A stretch of 64,000 bases of DNA from Octopus vulgaris (taxonomy: Eukaryota): positions 46,996,001 to 47,060,000 of the forward strand of contig OX597821.1 in the NCBI GenBank assembly GCA_951406725.2. Direction: 5' to 3'. The position numbers and the translations under genes are program-made. Positions within the stretch are counted from its first letter, which is position 1, and each line of letters starts with the position of its first letter. The notes under the pieces are model-generated. The model had not been told where the DNA came from and made no database searches. It was given only the letters and a program-made list of their open reading frames with translations. Of the stretch, positions 40,853 to 51,888 are shown piece by piece.

Positions 40853-41423
40853 CAGTAAATCACAAATTCCTTTATAATTCATAATTTAATTGTAAACAAC
40901 AACTATTTCAGTAGAAAAAAATATATTTTCATTAAAAATTCACAATTAATTTACAAGTGATAGGTTATCAATTTCTTCCTTTTCTTTTCATTGCAACATC
41001 GCTCTTTGTTGTACTTCATTTAAAGAGTTAACACACTCAGCGCCTAATGTTCAAACACTTTTGGTACGGTGTCTTCTTACTCATCAATCTTCGTTAATAA
41101 GACAGTTCACAAAAGTATCGCTTTCACAGAAGTTGCTTCCCCAGCTTAACCTGACCACCTATCGTTTTCAAAACCAGGACTCTTTTCAACATCGACCTCA
41201 TTTGTCACCTCATCCTTTAAGTTTTCTGCATGAAGGTCAGTCCTCGTGTTACGCATTTTCTGATCAAAGGCTTCCTGCGACTTCATCTTCTTCAGAGTCA
41301 AACATTTACTAACGATATCAAAGAATTTCTTACTCGGTTGTTTGTTGATTATCATCAAGTGCTTTAATCTTTTATATCTCCTGAAATATAAACCAATACG
41401 CAAAAAACATCATACGTGTATGT

Positions 41424-41457
<34 letters not shown>

Positions 41458-41459
<2 letters not shown>

Positions 41460-41621
41460 GCGCAGGCGTAGATATGAGATAAGAAGCGTGCTTTCCAAAC
41501 ATGTGGTTCTGGAGTCAATCCATCTGCGTGTCAACTTGGGCAAGTGTCTTCTACTATAATCTCGAGTCGACCAAAGCTTTGTGAGTGGATTTAGTAGATG
41601 GAAACTGAAAGAAGCCCGTCG

Positions 41622-41625
<4 letters not shown>
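41458..41625 (+). mobile_element. SINE family B 5' half, ending in the (TA)n adjoining the Penelope element
   Basis: AGGCGCAGG...CTTGGGCAAGTGTCTTCTACTAT...GGAAACTGAAAGAAGCCCGTCG. Confidence 0.8.
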
Positions 41626-41674
<49 letters not shown>

Positions 41675-41771
41675 CGGGAAGCTTTATGAAAATAAACAAA
41701 AGACGAAGGCAGGTGGAAAACAAACGAACAATTGTATTAGTATGGCGCTCAGGAAATATAAATAAAACAAG

Positions 41772-41809
41772 TCTTTAACGTTTCGAGCCTACGCTCTTCA
41801 ACAGAAAGA
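41772..41809 (-). ncRNA. Minimal hammerhead motif in the Penelope terminal repeat (A6U variant core)
   Basis: Minus strand: UCUUU-CUGUUGA-A-GAGC-GUAG-GCUC-GAAA-CG-UU-AAAGA; stem III palindrome AACGUU. Confidence 0.65.
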
Positions 41810-41989
41810 TACACAGAGAGAGAAAACACAGAAAGAAGGAGAGAAAAAAATGCGTGCAGTAGCTAACGAATCAACATGGCGATCTGATTTCGGCCAGAGG
41901 TCAAAGATCAAACATGAGACGCGAGAGCGAAATAAGGGGAGATAATAGGGTTGATAAAAGGGTTGAGGGACCAGCTAAAAGTGCGTGGG

Positions 41990-42310
41990 AGGGGTCTGGA
42001 TGTGTGTATGTATAGGGTTGGTGTATGTATTAGTATGTATAAGGTGTGTGTGTGTGTGTGTGTATGAGAGAGTATTAGTGCGTAAGATTGGTCTGGACGT
42101 GCGTATGTATGGGGTTGGTGTATGTATTAGTATGTATTAGTATGTATTAGTACGTATTGGTATGTATAGGTGTGTGTGTGTGTGTGTGAGAGAGTATAAG
42201 TGCGTATGCGGGGTCTGGACGTGTGTATGTATAGGGTTGGTGTAAGTATTAGTATGTACTGGTATGTATTAGTACGTATTAGTATGTATTAGTTGGTGTG
42301 TGTATTAGTA
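41990..42310. repeat. Three imperfect ~100-120-bp tandem units in the Penelope 3' UTR
   Basis: GGTCTGGA(C/T)GTG.GTATGTAT.GGGTTGGTGTA.GTATTAG repeated at ~41993, ~42089 and ~42211. Confidence 0.8.
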
Positions 42311-42341
42311 TGGCACATCATATGTGATGTGATGTGTAAAG

Positions 42342-44570
42342 TCATGTGGTGTAGTGAGGAGAAGAGGGGGAGGGGGAGAAGAGGGGGAGAGAAGGCGAGG
42401 GGAAGAAGAGGGGGAGGAGAAGGGGGAAGAGGAGAGGATGGGGGAGAAGGAAGGAGGAGGAGGGGGATGAAGGAGGAAAGAGGGAGAGAGGGAGTGAGGG
42501 AGCAGAGGGAAGGGGAAGAGGGAGGGAGAAAGAGGGAAGAAGGGAAGGGGAGTAGGGGTGAAAGGATGAAGGACTGTAGAAGTAGGGGTCGGGGGGAGAA
42601 AGGATAGGTGAGGAGGGGGAGAGGGGGTTAGATGAGGAGGGGGGAGAGTTGAGACCAAATGGCGTATAAGAGCGAAGAGAGAAGATTAATTCCTGTTCAC
42701 GGCGCAAACGGGAATCCGGATGGCCTCTGTGTAAGGACAAACCGAACACAGATAGGTGTTGCAAGGAGTGACCGGTGGAGCGGAAATGGCGTGAGACCGG
42801 TGTGTCGTTCGCAAGGTGGATGTCACGAAGGTGTTCCGCGAACCGGTCAGCCAAGCGGCGTCCCGTTTGTCCGATATACAAGGAATTGCAGAGAGAGCAA
42901 GAGATGCAATAGATAATATTGCTGGAGGTGCAGGTGAAGGAGTGGATGATGGGATAGGGTCGATGGTGGGTGCTAGTGAGGCGGGTGGTGTTGGAGAGGT
43001 AAGGGCAAGTGCGGCAACGTGGGCGGGAGCAGGGGAACGAGCCGGGTTGGGAGGTAGGGTCAGGGAAGGAGCTATGGACCAAAAGGTCTCGAAGGTTGTG
43101 GGCTCGTTTGAAAGAGGGGAGGGGTCGGTTAAGGGAAGAGGTGTGAAGTGGACGGGTCGGACTGGAGATGACGGAAAGCTCGAAGAATGGTGCGTTGGAG
43201 ACGTAGGGTCGTGGGGTGGTAAGTGAGGGGAAAAGGGAGGCGGGAGACTACAGGGCGGGTTCGGGGAGAGAGAGCAGATACACGGTCCACGGACCGTGCT
43301 CTGGCAAGGGCGGTGTGGATAGTGGTGAGGGGGTATCCACGTAGGGTGAAGTGGTGAGCCATACGTTGAGACTGAGTCTCAAAGTCATGGTCGTCACTAC
43401 AGAGCCTACGTAGACGGAGGAATTGGGAATAGGGGATGGAAAGCTTGGTGTGTTCTGGGTGGGAGGAAGAGAAGTTGAGGTATGAGTGTGAGTCTGTGTG
43501 TTTGTAGTGAATGGAGGTGGTAAGAGTGGAGTGAAGAATGCTAACCGAAATGTCGAGGAAGGAGACAGAGGTGTTGGAGATAGTGGAAGTGAAGTGGAGG
43601 GCTGGATGGAAAGATTGGACGAAAGAGAGGAAGGAATCTAGATGTTCGCGGGAGAGTGAGGTGGCACCGATAATGTCGTCAATATAACGACCATATAGTT
43701 CAGGAGTGGGACCAGTGAAATTAGAGAATATTTGGGCCTCAACATAGCCAACGAACAGGTTCGCATAGTTGGGGCCCATTCGCGTTCCCATGGCCATTCC
43801 CGAGACCTGATGGTAGAACTCGCCCGCGAACGAGAAGCAGTTCAGAGTAAGGACAAGTTCGGCCAGACGAATGAGTGTGGAGGTGTCAGGTACAGGGTTA
43901 GAGCGGAGTTCAAGAAAGTGTCGAAGGGCCTGCAGTCCTTCGTGGTGAGCTGTGAGGGATAACAGTATAGAGGCTTTGGATGTCCATAGTAAAAAGGATT
44001 TTGGAGGAGCCGGGAGGAAAGGAGAAAGAGTTGAAAAGCCGGAGAGCATGGTTGGTATCGTGGATGTGGGAGGGAAGAGATGCCACTAGGGGGGCAAGGA
44101 CACGGTCGAGGTATTTAGAGATGAGCTCCGTGGGGCAGTTACAGGCGGAGACGATGGGGCGGCCAGGGTTGTTGGGTTTGTGGATTTTGGGGAGGAAGTA
44201 AATGGTGGGGGTACGTGGGGTTCGCACAATTAGGTTGGATGCGGTGCGGGGGAGACGGGAGGACGAGATGAGGTCTTGGACAGTAGAGGATACCGTCTGT
44301 TGGTAGCTACGTGTGGGGTTAGAGGGCAGAGGGGAATAGAAGGAGGTGTCATTGAGTTGGCGGAAAGCCTCGGCCCTATAGAGGTCCGCGCGCCACACCA
44401 CTACAGCTCCACCCTTGTCAGCCGGTTTGATGATAATGTCAGCGCGCCGTTGGAGGGAACGAAGAGCCAAGAGCTCAGCCGGGGAGATGTTGAGGCGGCG
44501 TTGGCGCCTGGAGAAGTTGAACCGCTCCAATGCACGCTGACAAGCGCCCGCGAAAAGATCCACTGCTAGA
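42342..44570 (-). pseudogene. Penelope/Neptune polyprotein (reverse transcriptase + GIY-YIG endonuclease) broken by two frameshifts
   Basis: IKPADKGGAVVVW, GRPIVSAC, FTMDIQSLY, GMAMGTRMGPNYAN, YGRYIDDII, SFLD, SSHP; Cys linker CSRPRCRTCPY; endonuclease CTSSNIIYCISC..YIGQTGRRLADRFAEH...GLN. Frame changes near 43950 (CTCAC duplication) and ~43130. Confidence 0.9.
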
Positions 44571-44578
44571 TATATATA

Positions 44579-45501
44579 CAAACCCTATAGAAATCCCAAC
44601 GATAGACGTAGTTATATTAATGTAGGTTCCTGCTACCCACCCCACGTAGTGTTTAAGAATTTAGTTTAAAATATTAGTAAGAGAATTTCTAGCCTTTCCT
44701 CCAATATAAACATATCTAATAATGCTGCCCCCATATAACAATGCCCTCAAAGCTAGTGGATTTAAAGACGAAATAGGTTACACCCCTACTATTAGATCAG
44801 AAATTAAGAAAACGAAACATAGACACAGGAGAATTATCTGGTTCACACACCGTTACTCCCACGAAGTGACCTTTAATATAGGTAAATATTTCTTGTCACT
44901 TATAGATAGAGTTTTTCCAATACATCACAAATGTAGAAAGCTCTTTAATAGGCACAACCCAAAAATTAGTTTTAGTTCCACCCCAAATTTTAAAAGCATA
45001 ATCACGCACAATACAACACAACACCACAAAGCCAGCTGTTCCTGCAGGAATAAAGACCTGTGTCCGCTAAATGGAAGCTGTATGACCGAGGCCGTTATTT
45101 ATGAAGCTACTGTAAATTCCACCAACGCTAATAATACAGTTTCACCCCAGAGATACGTGGATCTCACAGAGGGAAATTTTAAAGCAAGATTTAATAATCA
45201 AACCTTAAGCTTCAGACACTGGAATAAACAAAAGACTACCAAATTATTCAGTTACATATGGTTCTTAAAAGAACATGGTGTCAACTACAGTATTTCCTGG
45301 AGGATCTTAGCCAAGTGTAACCCTTATACCAGCGATAGTAGCAGGTGCGGGAAGATGGCTCATTTGGAAAAGTTCCTTAGACCCCCCGCTATATGTTTAA
45401 ATTCAAGAACTGAACTCTTTGGGACATGTCCACAAGTCACAAAATACTTGAGAGTCCACATTTCTACTATATTCCTGCCCAAACTTACCCATGCCTTTTA
45501 A
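44579..45501 (+). pseudogene. Naiad-type Penelope-like element, 3' half (RT thumb + GIY-YIG endonuclease)
   Basis: KPYRNPND..YINVGSCYP, YNNALKASGF, RRIIWF, KLFNRHNPKISFS, SCSCRNKDLCPLNGSC..AVIYEATV...YVDLTEGNFKARF..LSYIW-like, LNSRTELFGTC. Conserved residues are decayed. Confidence 0.8.
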
Positions 45502-45799
45502 CACACATTAATTTTTATATTTGTATTTTATAAATATTTTTAAAAATCCTTTTTATATATGTGTGTGTATGTGTGTGTGTGTATGTATGCATATGTATGT
45601 ATATATATTATATTCATGTGTGTGCATATATGTGTGTGTATATGCCTGCATATGAATGTAAGACTGTGTCCGGTGCATATGTGCGATTTTCATGTTCGCA
45701 TGCCCCTTCACTTATATGTATATGCAAATGTTTGTATATGTGCGGATGTTTGTCAGTGAAGGAAGGGTGTGTTTATGTGTATGCGTGTGTGTGTATGTG

Positions 45800-46110
45800 T
45801 GTATAAACGAGACTTCAAATTCACCTTTACTTCAATTAAATTATTCTAAATCGCTTGAGATACACGTTCTGCCTTGTTTTTGATTTTTCCTCTAATATAA
45901 TATTAACATGTTTTAACGGAACCCTAACAAGCATTCCCAGATCAAGCGTTAGGTGTAATCTTTGAACCTAATGGTCGACGAACTATAGCACTTACTCAGC
46001 ATACCTATTCTTTTGGATCACAAGTGAACTAAACTCCTCATATTCTTTGTTCTATACATATATACATATTATCGTCTGCTATTTCCAGTAAATATTGGTG
46101 TATTGCTGTA
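45800..46110 (+). mobile_element. Probable 3' terminal repeat of the Naiad-type element with decayed HHR-like fold
   Basis: CAGATCA-..TTAGGT/ACCTAA..-GAA-CTATAG at ~45937-45990; homology to 9120-9256. Confidence 0.4.
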
Positions 46111-46127
46111 CCATTATCCTATATATG

Positions 46128-46215
<88 letters not shown>

Positions 46216-46429
46216 CTAGAAGAAATGAGGTACTCAGAAATTCGGATGGTTTTATATTTACAGATATTTACTTGTATATTACATGTTTTTATACATTATA
46301 TAACTTAGATCATATATTAGCGCTTTCTCCCATTCTATTGGGGTTTTCAAATCGAACTAAGTTCCTGTGTGAAAAGTTTTGACCATTTTATAGTGTTATT
46401 GAGTGTGTAGTGGTGGGGAGGGACATAAG

Positions 46430-46465
<36 letters not shown>

Positions 46466-46873
46466 GGTGCCGGTGTAATATGTGATCTACATGCATGTTT
46501 CTTGTTTCGCTTGTGATCTATATTAGTTCAAATGCTATAGTTTGTGATCTACACCGACATTTTGATCTACATTTAAAATTCATCTGTTTACTTTACTTCC
46601 GGTTGGTTTAGTATATAAACCATGAAACTTTTAAGATTTAAACACTTTTAGTCCTGAGCCCATTGAAAGAAGTCGTGATGAGAGCAAAAGAATTTTGCAC
46701 ACAGATTATTCGAGATGAAGAAGCTGCAATAGAATTTCTCAGACGCTATAAACTCCTTGTTTAACTCACCACTCTAATTATAGTTGCAAATTTATAACAG
46801 AATTTTTAGTGTAATCCAGTTTTAAGTTGCGGTGCATCTCAATGGCATGTAGATCACATACTACACTGTCACC
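46466..46873 (+). mobile_element. Merlin (IS1016-like) non-autonomous element / MITE
   Basis: 29-bp TIRs GGTGCCGGTGTAATATGTGATCTACATGC / GCATGTAGATCACATACTACACTGTCACC. Internal peptide FCTQIIRDEEAAIEFLRRYKLL resembles the Merlin transposase N-terminus. Subterminal TGATCTA repeats; sits in (TA)n. Confidence 0.75.
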
Positions 46874-46973
<100 letters not shown>

Positions 46974-47194
46974 ACATGTGCGTGTGTGTGAAGCCTACTT
47001 TTGTTTCTTTACATTACATATCAACTCGTTTTAGATTTCTTTAATAGTCACTGTTGACATTATGGTCTTGCCCTGAATGAAGAACTCAGAGTTTAATTTT
47101 GAATTCAGTTTAGCATTACTACATATAGGTGTATATAAATACATGTGTGTATGTATATTTCTGTGTGTATGTGTGCGTGCGTGTGTGCGTATCT

Positions 47195-47405
47195 TTATGT
47201 CTGTGGTCGTCATCCACCACCGCAACTGGCCCTGGCGCGTTTACGTTCATCTTAGTGATTCGGCAAAAGATCCGATACATACAATCCGGTAGAATAAGTA
47301 CCAGCCTTTTAAAAAATAAGTTCTGGTGTCCACTATTCGAATAAACGTTTTTCAGGTCGGTGCCCCAGCATGGCCACAGTCTAGTGACCGAAACAAACGA
47401 AAAAT
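47195..47405 (+). mobile_element. SINE family B 3' body
   Basis: TTCGGCAAAAGA...AGAATAAGTACCAG...GGTGCCCCAGCATGGCCACAGTC..GACCGAAACAA. Confidence 0.7.
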
Positions 47406-47542
47406 GAACGCTAATTGATACACAGACTCTCACACATACATGTGTGTGCGTATGCATGTATGCAGAGTGTATAATTGTATGTGAGTATTCTCATTCGACT
47501 ACACATATACACTACATACACACACACACACAAACACACACA

Positions 47543-47578
<36 letters not shown>

Positions 47579-47942
47579 GACGCACACATAATAAAAGCTG
47601 GTGTACATATATTTTGGTTGATAGACTTTCCCCCATTCTTACTCTTTGCCACCCTCCCTCTCTCTCCATCTCTGTTTCTGATTTAATAAATGGAAGAAGA
47701 AGAATAAGAAGAATGGAAGGAATATAAGGAGGAAGGAAGGAGGAGGAATAGAAGGAGAAAATATGAAAGAAAAGAAGGGAGAGGGAACTGTAAAGAAATA
47801 GGAAGGGAGACGGAAGAGACAAGAGAAGTAATGGAATGGAGAAAGAGGAATGGGGCAAAAAGGGGAGTAAGCGGTAAACGGAAGTCTGCTTTGAGTGACA
47901 TCCGGTACAGCTGTTGTTTGTTTTCTAATCTCTGTGCTGCAC

Positions 47943-47996
<54 letters not shown>

Positions 47997-48947
47997 GTCC
48001 CTGAAAGCTTTTGTGTTGCATGTCTACTGACAAAAGTTTTTGGCTCTGTTGGTCCCTGCCAGCAACTTCAGCAGATAAGATAAACGCGTCAGATTCCCTT
48101 TTAGACCTACGAAAATCTGGAACACTATCAGTAAACGAAAGCAATATCTTTCCACTTAATCTCTGGGTTCACCGTTTCAGGACTCTTTCAGCGTGTGTGT
48201 ATGTGTGTGTGTGCGTGTATGTGTGTGCGTGCATGCATGTCCGTTAGTGTGCGTGTTTGTATGTGTACATATATGTGTGAATGAGTGTATGTAGTATTTG
48301 TATATGCGAATGTGGATGTGGGCAAAAGTCTGTACATGTGCGTGTCTGTGCTTCGTGTGTAAGCGCGCGTGAACGTGTGTGAGTTTGTGCCATTGTGTGT
48401 ACGCGCGTGTACATGTGCGTGCGTATGTTTATGTGTGCGTATGTATGCGCGCGTGATAGACTCGATGGAGGTGATGTTGGAAATTCAATGATGTTACTCG
48501 ATGTTAAGCTATCGAACGAGATCTCTAGTAAAAAAAAAACAAGAAAACATTCATGAAAATAACAAGAAATAGAATATAAAATAACAATTTTAAAAATCCG
48601 ATTGAAGGGAAAACAATGAGTTAATCTTTGAATAGCAATGGCTTACGGAATGTTTTCGCACAAATACTCGCATCTATGTCTATGTATATGTGTGCGCGTT
48701 TGTGAATGTATGTGCATACATGTTTGTAAAGTATGATATATTCAAACATAATCATACATGCGTACACACACATACACACACAAGTAAGCACATAAGGACA
48801 AGACAAAGTGGGAAAATGGTATTGGAATAGTTTAGGTAGAGTATATTATTTTATTAAGGCCAAAAAGATTCCACAAATTCAGTTTTAAAATAATATATAT
48901 ATATACATATAAATATATGTATATACATGTGTGCGAAAGTATGTGTG

Positions 48948-48979
<32 letters not shown>

Positions 48980-49069
48980 TAGAGATAGAGAGAGAGAGAG
49001 AGAGAGGGAGAGAGACAGCTATACTGCTAATTATACACGTAAGTGTGTGTGTGTTTGTGTGTGCGTATA

Positions 49070-49348
49070 CTCTTTTACTCTTTTATACGTTCACTCGTAT
49101 GACTGCGGCCATACTGGAGCACCGCCTGAAGGAGTTTTAGTGGAACAACTCGAACCCAGGATTTATTCTTTGTAAGCCTAGTACTTATTCTATAGGCCTC
49201 TTTCGCCGAACCGCTATGTTGCAGGGTTATAACCACACCACCATCGATTGTCAAGTGATAGTGGTGGAACAAACACAAAGACACGCACACACACATAAAC
49301 ACACACATATATATATACATATATATACACACACACACACACACAGAC

Positions 49349-49441
<93 letters not shown>

Positions 49442-49522
49442 ACAGGCTTCTTTCATTTTCCGTCTACCAAATGCACTCACAAAGCTTTGGTCGGCCCGCA
49501 GCCGACGCTAGACCCAAGATGC
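49070..49522 (-). mobile_element. SINE family B copy, its 5' end interrupted by a mariner insertion
   Basis: Reverse complement of the family B body and head (GGCTTCTTTCATTTTCCGTCTACCAAAT). Confidence 0.8.
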
Positions 49523-49524
49523 TA

Positions 49525-50323
49525 CGAAGTGGTATAAAAAAATTCGTGGACTAGTAATGTTTAGTAAAAAAAATAATAACTTAGTTACCTAAGTGTTTAC
49601 ATCATCTCCTTCGAAATAATCACCTTGCACAGTTATACGTTCCCAACGTTCCTGCCACATTTGGAATCTAGCCTGGAAGTTGTTTTCCGTAAGCGAGTCG
49701 AGGACCTTCTGCGATACGCTCTGTATCTCAACAACGGTATTAAAACGGCGACCTTTGGACGGCATTTTCATCTTGGGAAAAAGATGGAAGTCCGCCTGTG
49801 CTAAATCTGGCGAATGGAGGTCGGGTGCGGAAGCGATACCATGTTTTTGGCGAGAAACTCACGAGTGGCGAGAGCTCGGTGATAGCATGCATTGTTGTGT
49901 AGAATCCAATTTTTCGCGCTCCACAAATCCGGTCGCTTTCGCCGAATATCTTCTCTCAAACGCAGTAGAACTCCCGATCGATGGTGTGGCCCTTGGGGAT
50001 GAATTCTCAAAACATTGCATACGGCTCATTGCACCATCGTCGTTAGCTTGCAGAAGCATACTCAATGTTTCTGTAGCAGACTTCCCAAGTTTAACACAAA
50101 ATATCATGTTAGCTCTTTCTTCCTATAAATGACAAAATCGCAGACTACAGCATACACGTGCTCACAAAAACACAAATTTCACAACTTACGAAGTAAACAC
50201 AGCAATGACACTCGGAACACTGCCTCATGAAGATCATTGCTAGCTCTCACTGCACACGCAACGGTGTGTTGTCATCTGTTCGCGCGCTATAGAACTAGTC
50301 CGGGAACCTTTTGATACCACCGC
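49525..50323 (-). mobile_element. Mariner transposon, internally deleted
   Basis: TIRs GTGGTATAAAAAAATTCGTGGACTAGT / ACTAGTCCGGGAACCTTTTGATACCAC. Peptides FCVKLGKSATETLSML, LREDIRRKRPDLW..WILH, KGRRFNTVVEIQ, WQERWE..QGDYFEG. Confidence 0.9.
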
Positions 50324-51065
50324 ACAAATAATATACAGGTTTCCTGACTGAACCGCCACATGAAGATTCACTCAAGTGGATTAAATCTGGAACATTTTCC
50401 ATCCAGTACGAGGATGTCCTCTGTGATTCGAAACCAAAATTCGCTGTCCGTTTGTATTTCTTTGAGGTGAGTATCACTCCCATGCAAAGTAATTCAAGTC
50501 AACATTCACTTAATGTCTAACCGAAGTGCAACTGCATCTTGACGCGAGAAGTCTTTCTTTCTAAAGAGGTGTAGAAGTGAGTTCTCTGTTACGTACAAGG
50601 GCTATGGAGTGCTTCGCTCGTGAAGAGAACCTCCACGCCCCCGAAGTGCCTTCTCTTGATGACAAGTTCTACGTTTCCTTTGACGTATTTCAACTTTTCT
50701 ACCACCTGAGCGTGTATCACTGTTTCTAGGCGTTTCTAGGCGTTGGGGTTTAGGACATACACAGCGATACGCTATCATCTCCCGGACGTTTGTTGCCAGA
50801 ATTTCAGCTGGCATAGCGATGTGTGCATTCTTCCCAATCCCCATCACAAGCTGTTTCTCATGTGCCAGTCGGTCTTCTTTGTTATTTACGGATAGCGTGA
50901 TGATTTGCCGCCATACCAGCGAAAGGTTGCTTGCCACATCTTATATGCCGTTTGCGATATTTTTGTTAGTGTTGCTACTGTTATTGACGTAAGTGCCATC
51001 GCTGATGTCGCTGCTGCTGCTGGCGTTATTGTTGTTGTTGCTGTCACTGCTGTTGCTGTTGCTGT

Positions 51066-51403
51066 TGAGCGAATGGTCTTGTCCGCAGTGGGAGAAGTCC
51101 GAAACGTGGTCCTTTGCTATTCGTAAGACCCGCAGAAGAGAAAGCAGGTCAATCCCCGACACCGAGAGCATCGACGGATGGATGAATGCGCAACCAGGCT
51201 CAGCCGTTGCGTAGGAAGTCGGGGACAATAAACACGAAGAAAGAGTGAGAGAAAGTTGGAGCGAAAGAGTACAACAGGGGTCGCCACCACCCACTGCCGG
51301 AGCCTCCTGGAGCTTTAGGTGTTTCCGCTCAATAAACACACACAACGCCCGGTCTGGGAATCGAAACCTTGATCCTCCGACCGCGAGTCCGCTGCCCTAA
51401 CCA
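51066..51403 (-). mobile_element. tRNA-headed SINE family C, tail type 1
   Basis: Minus strand TGGTTAGGGCAGCGGACTCGCGGTCGGAGGATCAAGGTTTCGATTCCCAGACCGGGCG...; ends in (CAA/CAG)n. Confidence 0.8.
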
Positions 51404-51509
51404 TTTAAGAGTTCCGCTCACTTTCCAAAATAGAATGTTTTTAGAAATACGCTACATACATACATACATACATACATACATACATACATACATACATACA
51501 TACATACAT

Positions 51510-51888
51510 GAAGGGGCAATGGCCCAGCGGTTAGGGCAACGGACTCGCAGTCGTAGGATTGTGGTTTCGATTCTAAGACCGGGCGTTGTGAGTGTTTATT
51601 GAGTGAAAACATCTAAAGCTCCACAAGGCTCCGACAGGGGTAGGTGGCGAACCCTGCTGTACTCTTTCATCACAAATTTCTCTCACTCTTTCTTCTTGTT
51701 TCTCTTGTACATGTATTTCAAAAGGCCAGCCTTGTCACATTGTGTCACGCTGAATCTCCCCCGAGAACTACGTTAAGGGTACACGTGTCTGTGGAGTGCT
51801 CAGGCACTTGCTCGTTAATTTCACGAGCAAGCTGTTCCGTTGAACGTATCAGCTGGAACTCACGTCGTCGTAACTGACGGAGTGTCAC
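51510..51888 (+). mobile_element. tRNA-headed SINE family C, tail type 2
   Basis: A-box TGGCCCAGCGG and B-box-like GTTTCGATTC; body homologous to the 51066-51403 and 61740-62046 copies; flanked by (TACA)n. Confidence 0.85.

Larger units (their letters stand above)
41672..44570 (-). mobile_element. Penelope-like retroelement, Neptune-type, 5'-truncated, with 3' UTR and terminal repeat
   Basis: RT plus GIY-YIG ORF pieces, GC-rich relative to the flanks, 3' terminal repeat with HHR, ends at (TA)n. Confidence 0.92.

Noticed and set aside
40960-41403. Minus-strand 85-aa ORF, possibly a P-element/THAP9-like C-terminal remnant or host exon
   Set aside because: Only vague resemblance, multiple stops downstream and no diagnostic motif; cannot be assigned without a search.
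42659-44569. Plus-strand ORFs overlapping the Penelope element
   Set aside because: Antisense shadows of a GC-rich coding sequence.
44722-45560. Selenocysteine recoding / SECIS, reported for some Naiad elements
   Set aside because: Conserved Cys positions in the visible ORF are TGT/TGC, there is no in-frame TGA, and no AUGA..GA SECIS-like stem is evident after the ORF.
47870-48190. Unique islands with ETS, E-box and GATA words as enhancers (similar islands at ~2500-2660, 4600-4800, 16470-16620)
   Set aside because: Short motifs occur at this rate by chance; unsupportable without conservation or chromatin data.
51510-51590. tRNA gene (also the heads at 34292 and ~62046)
   Set aside because: A/B boxes are present but there is no proper acceptor stem, and each continues into a shared repeat body; these are SINE heads.
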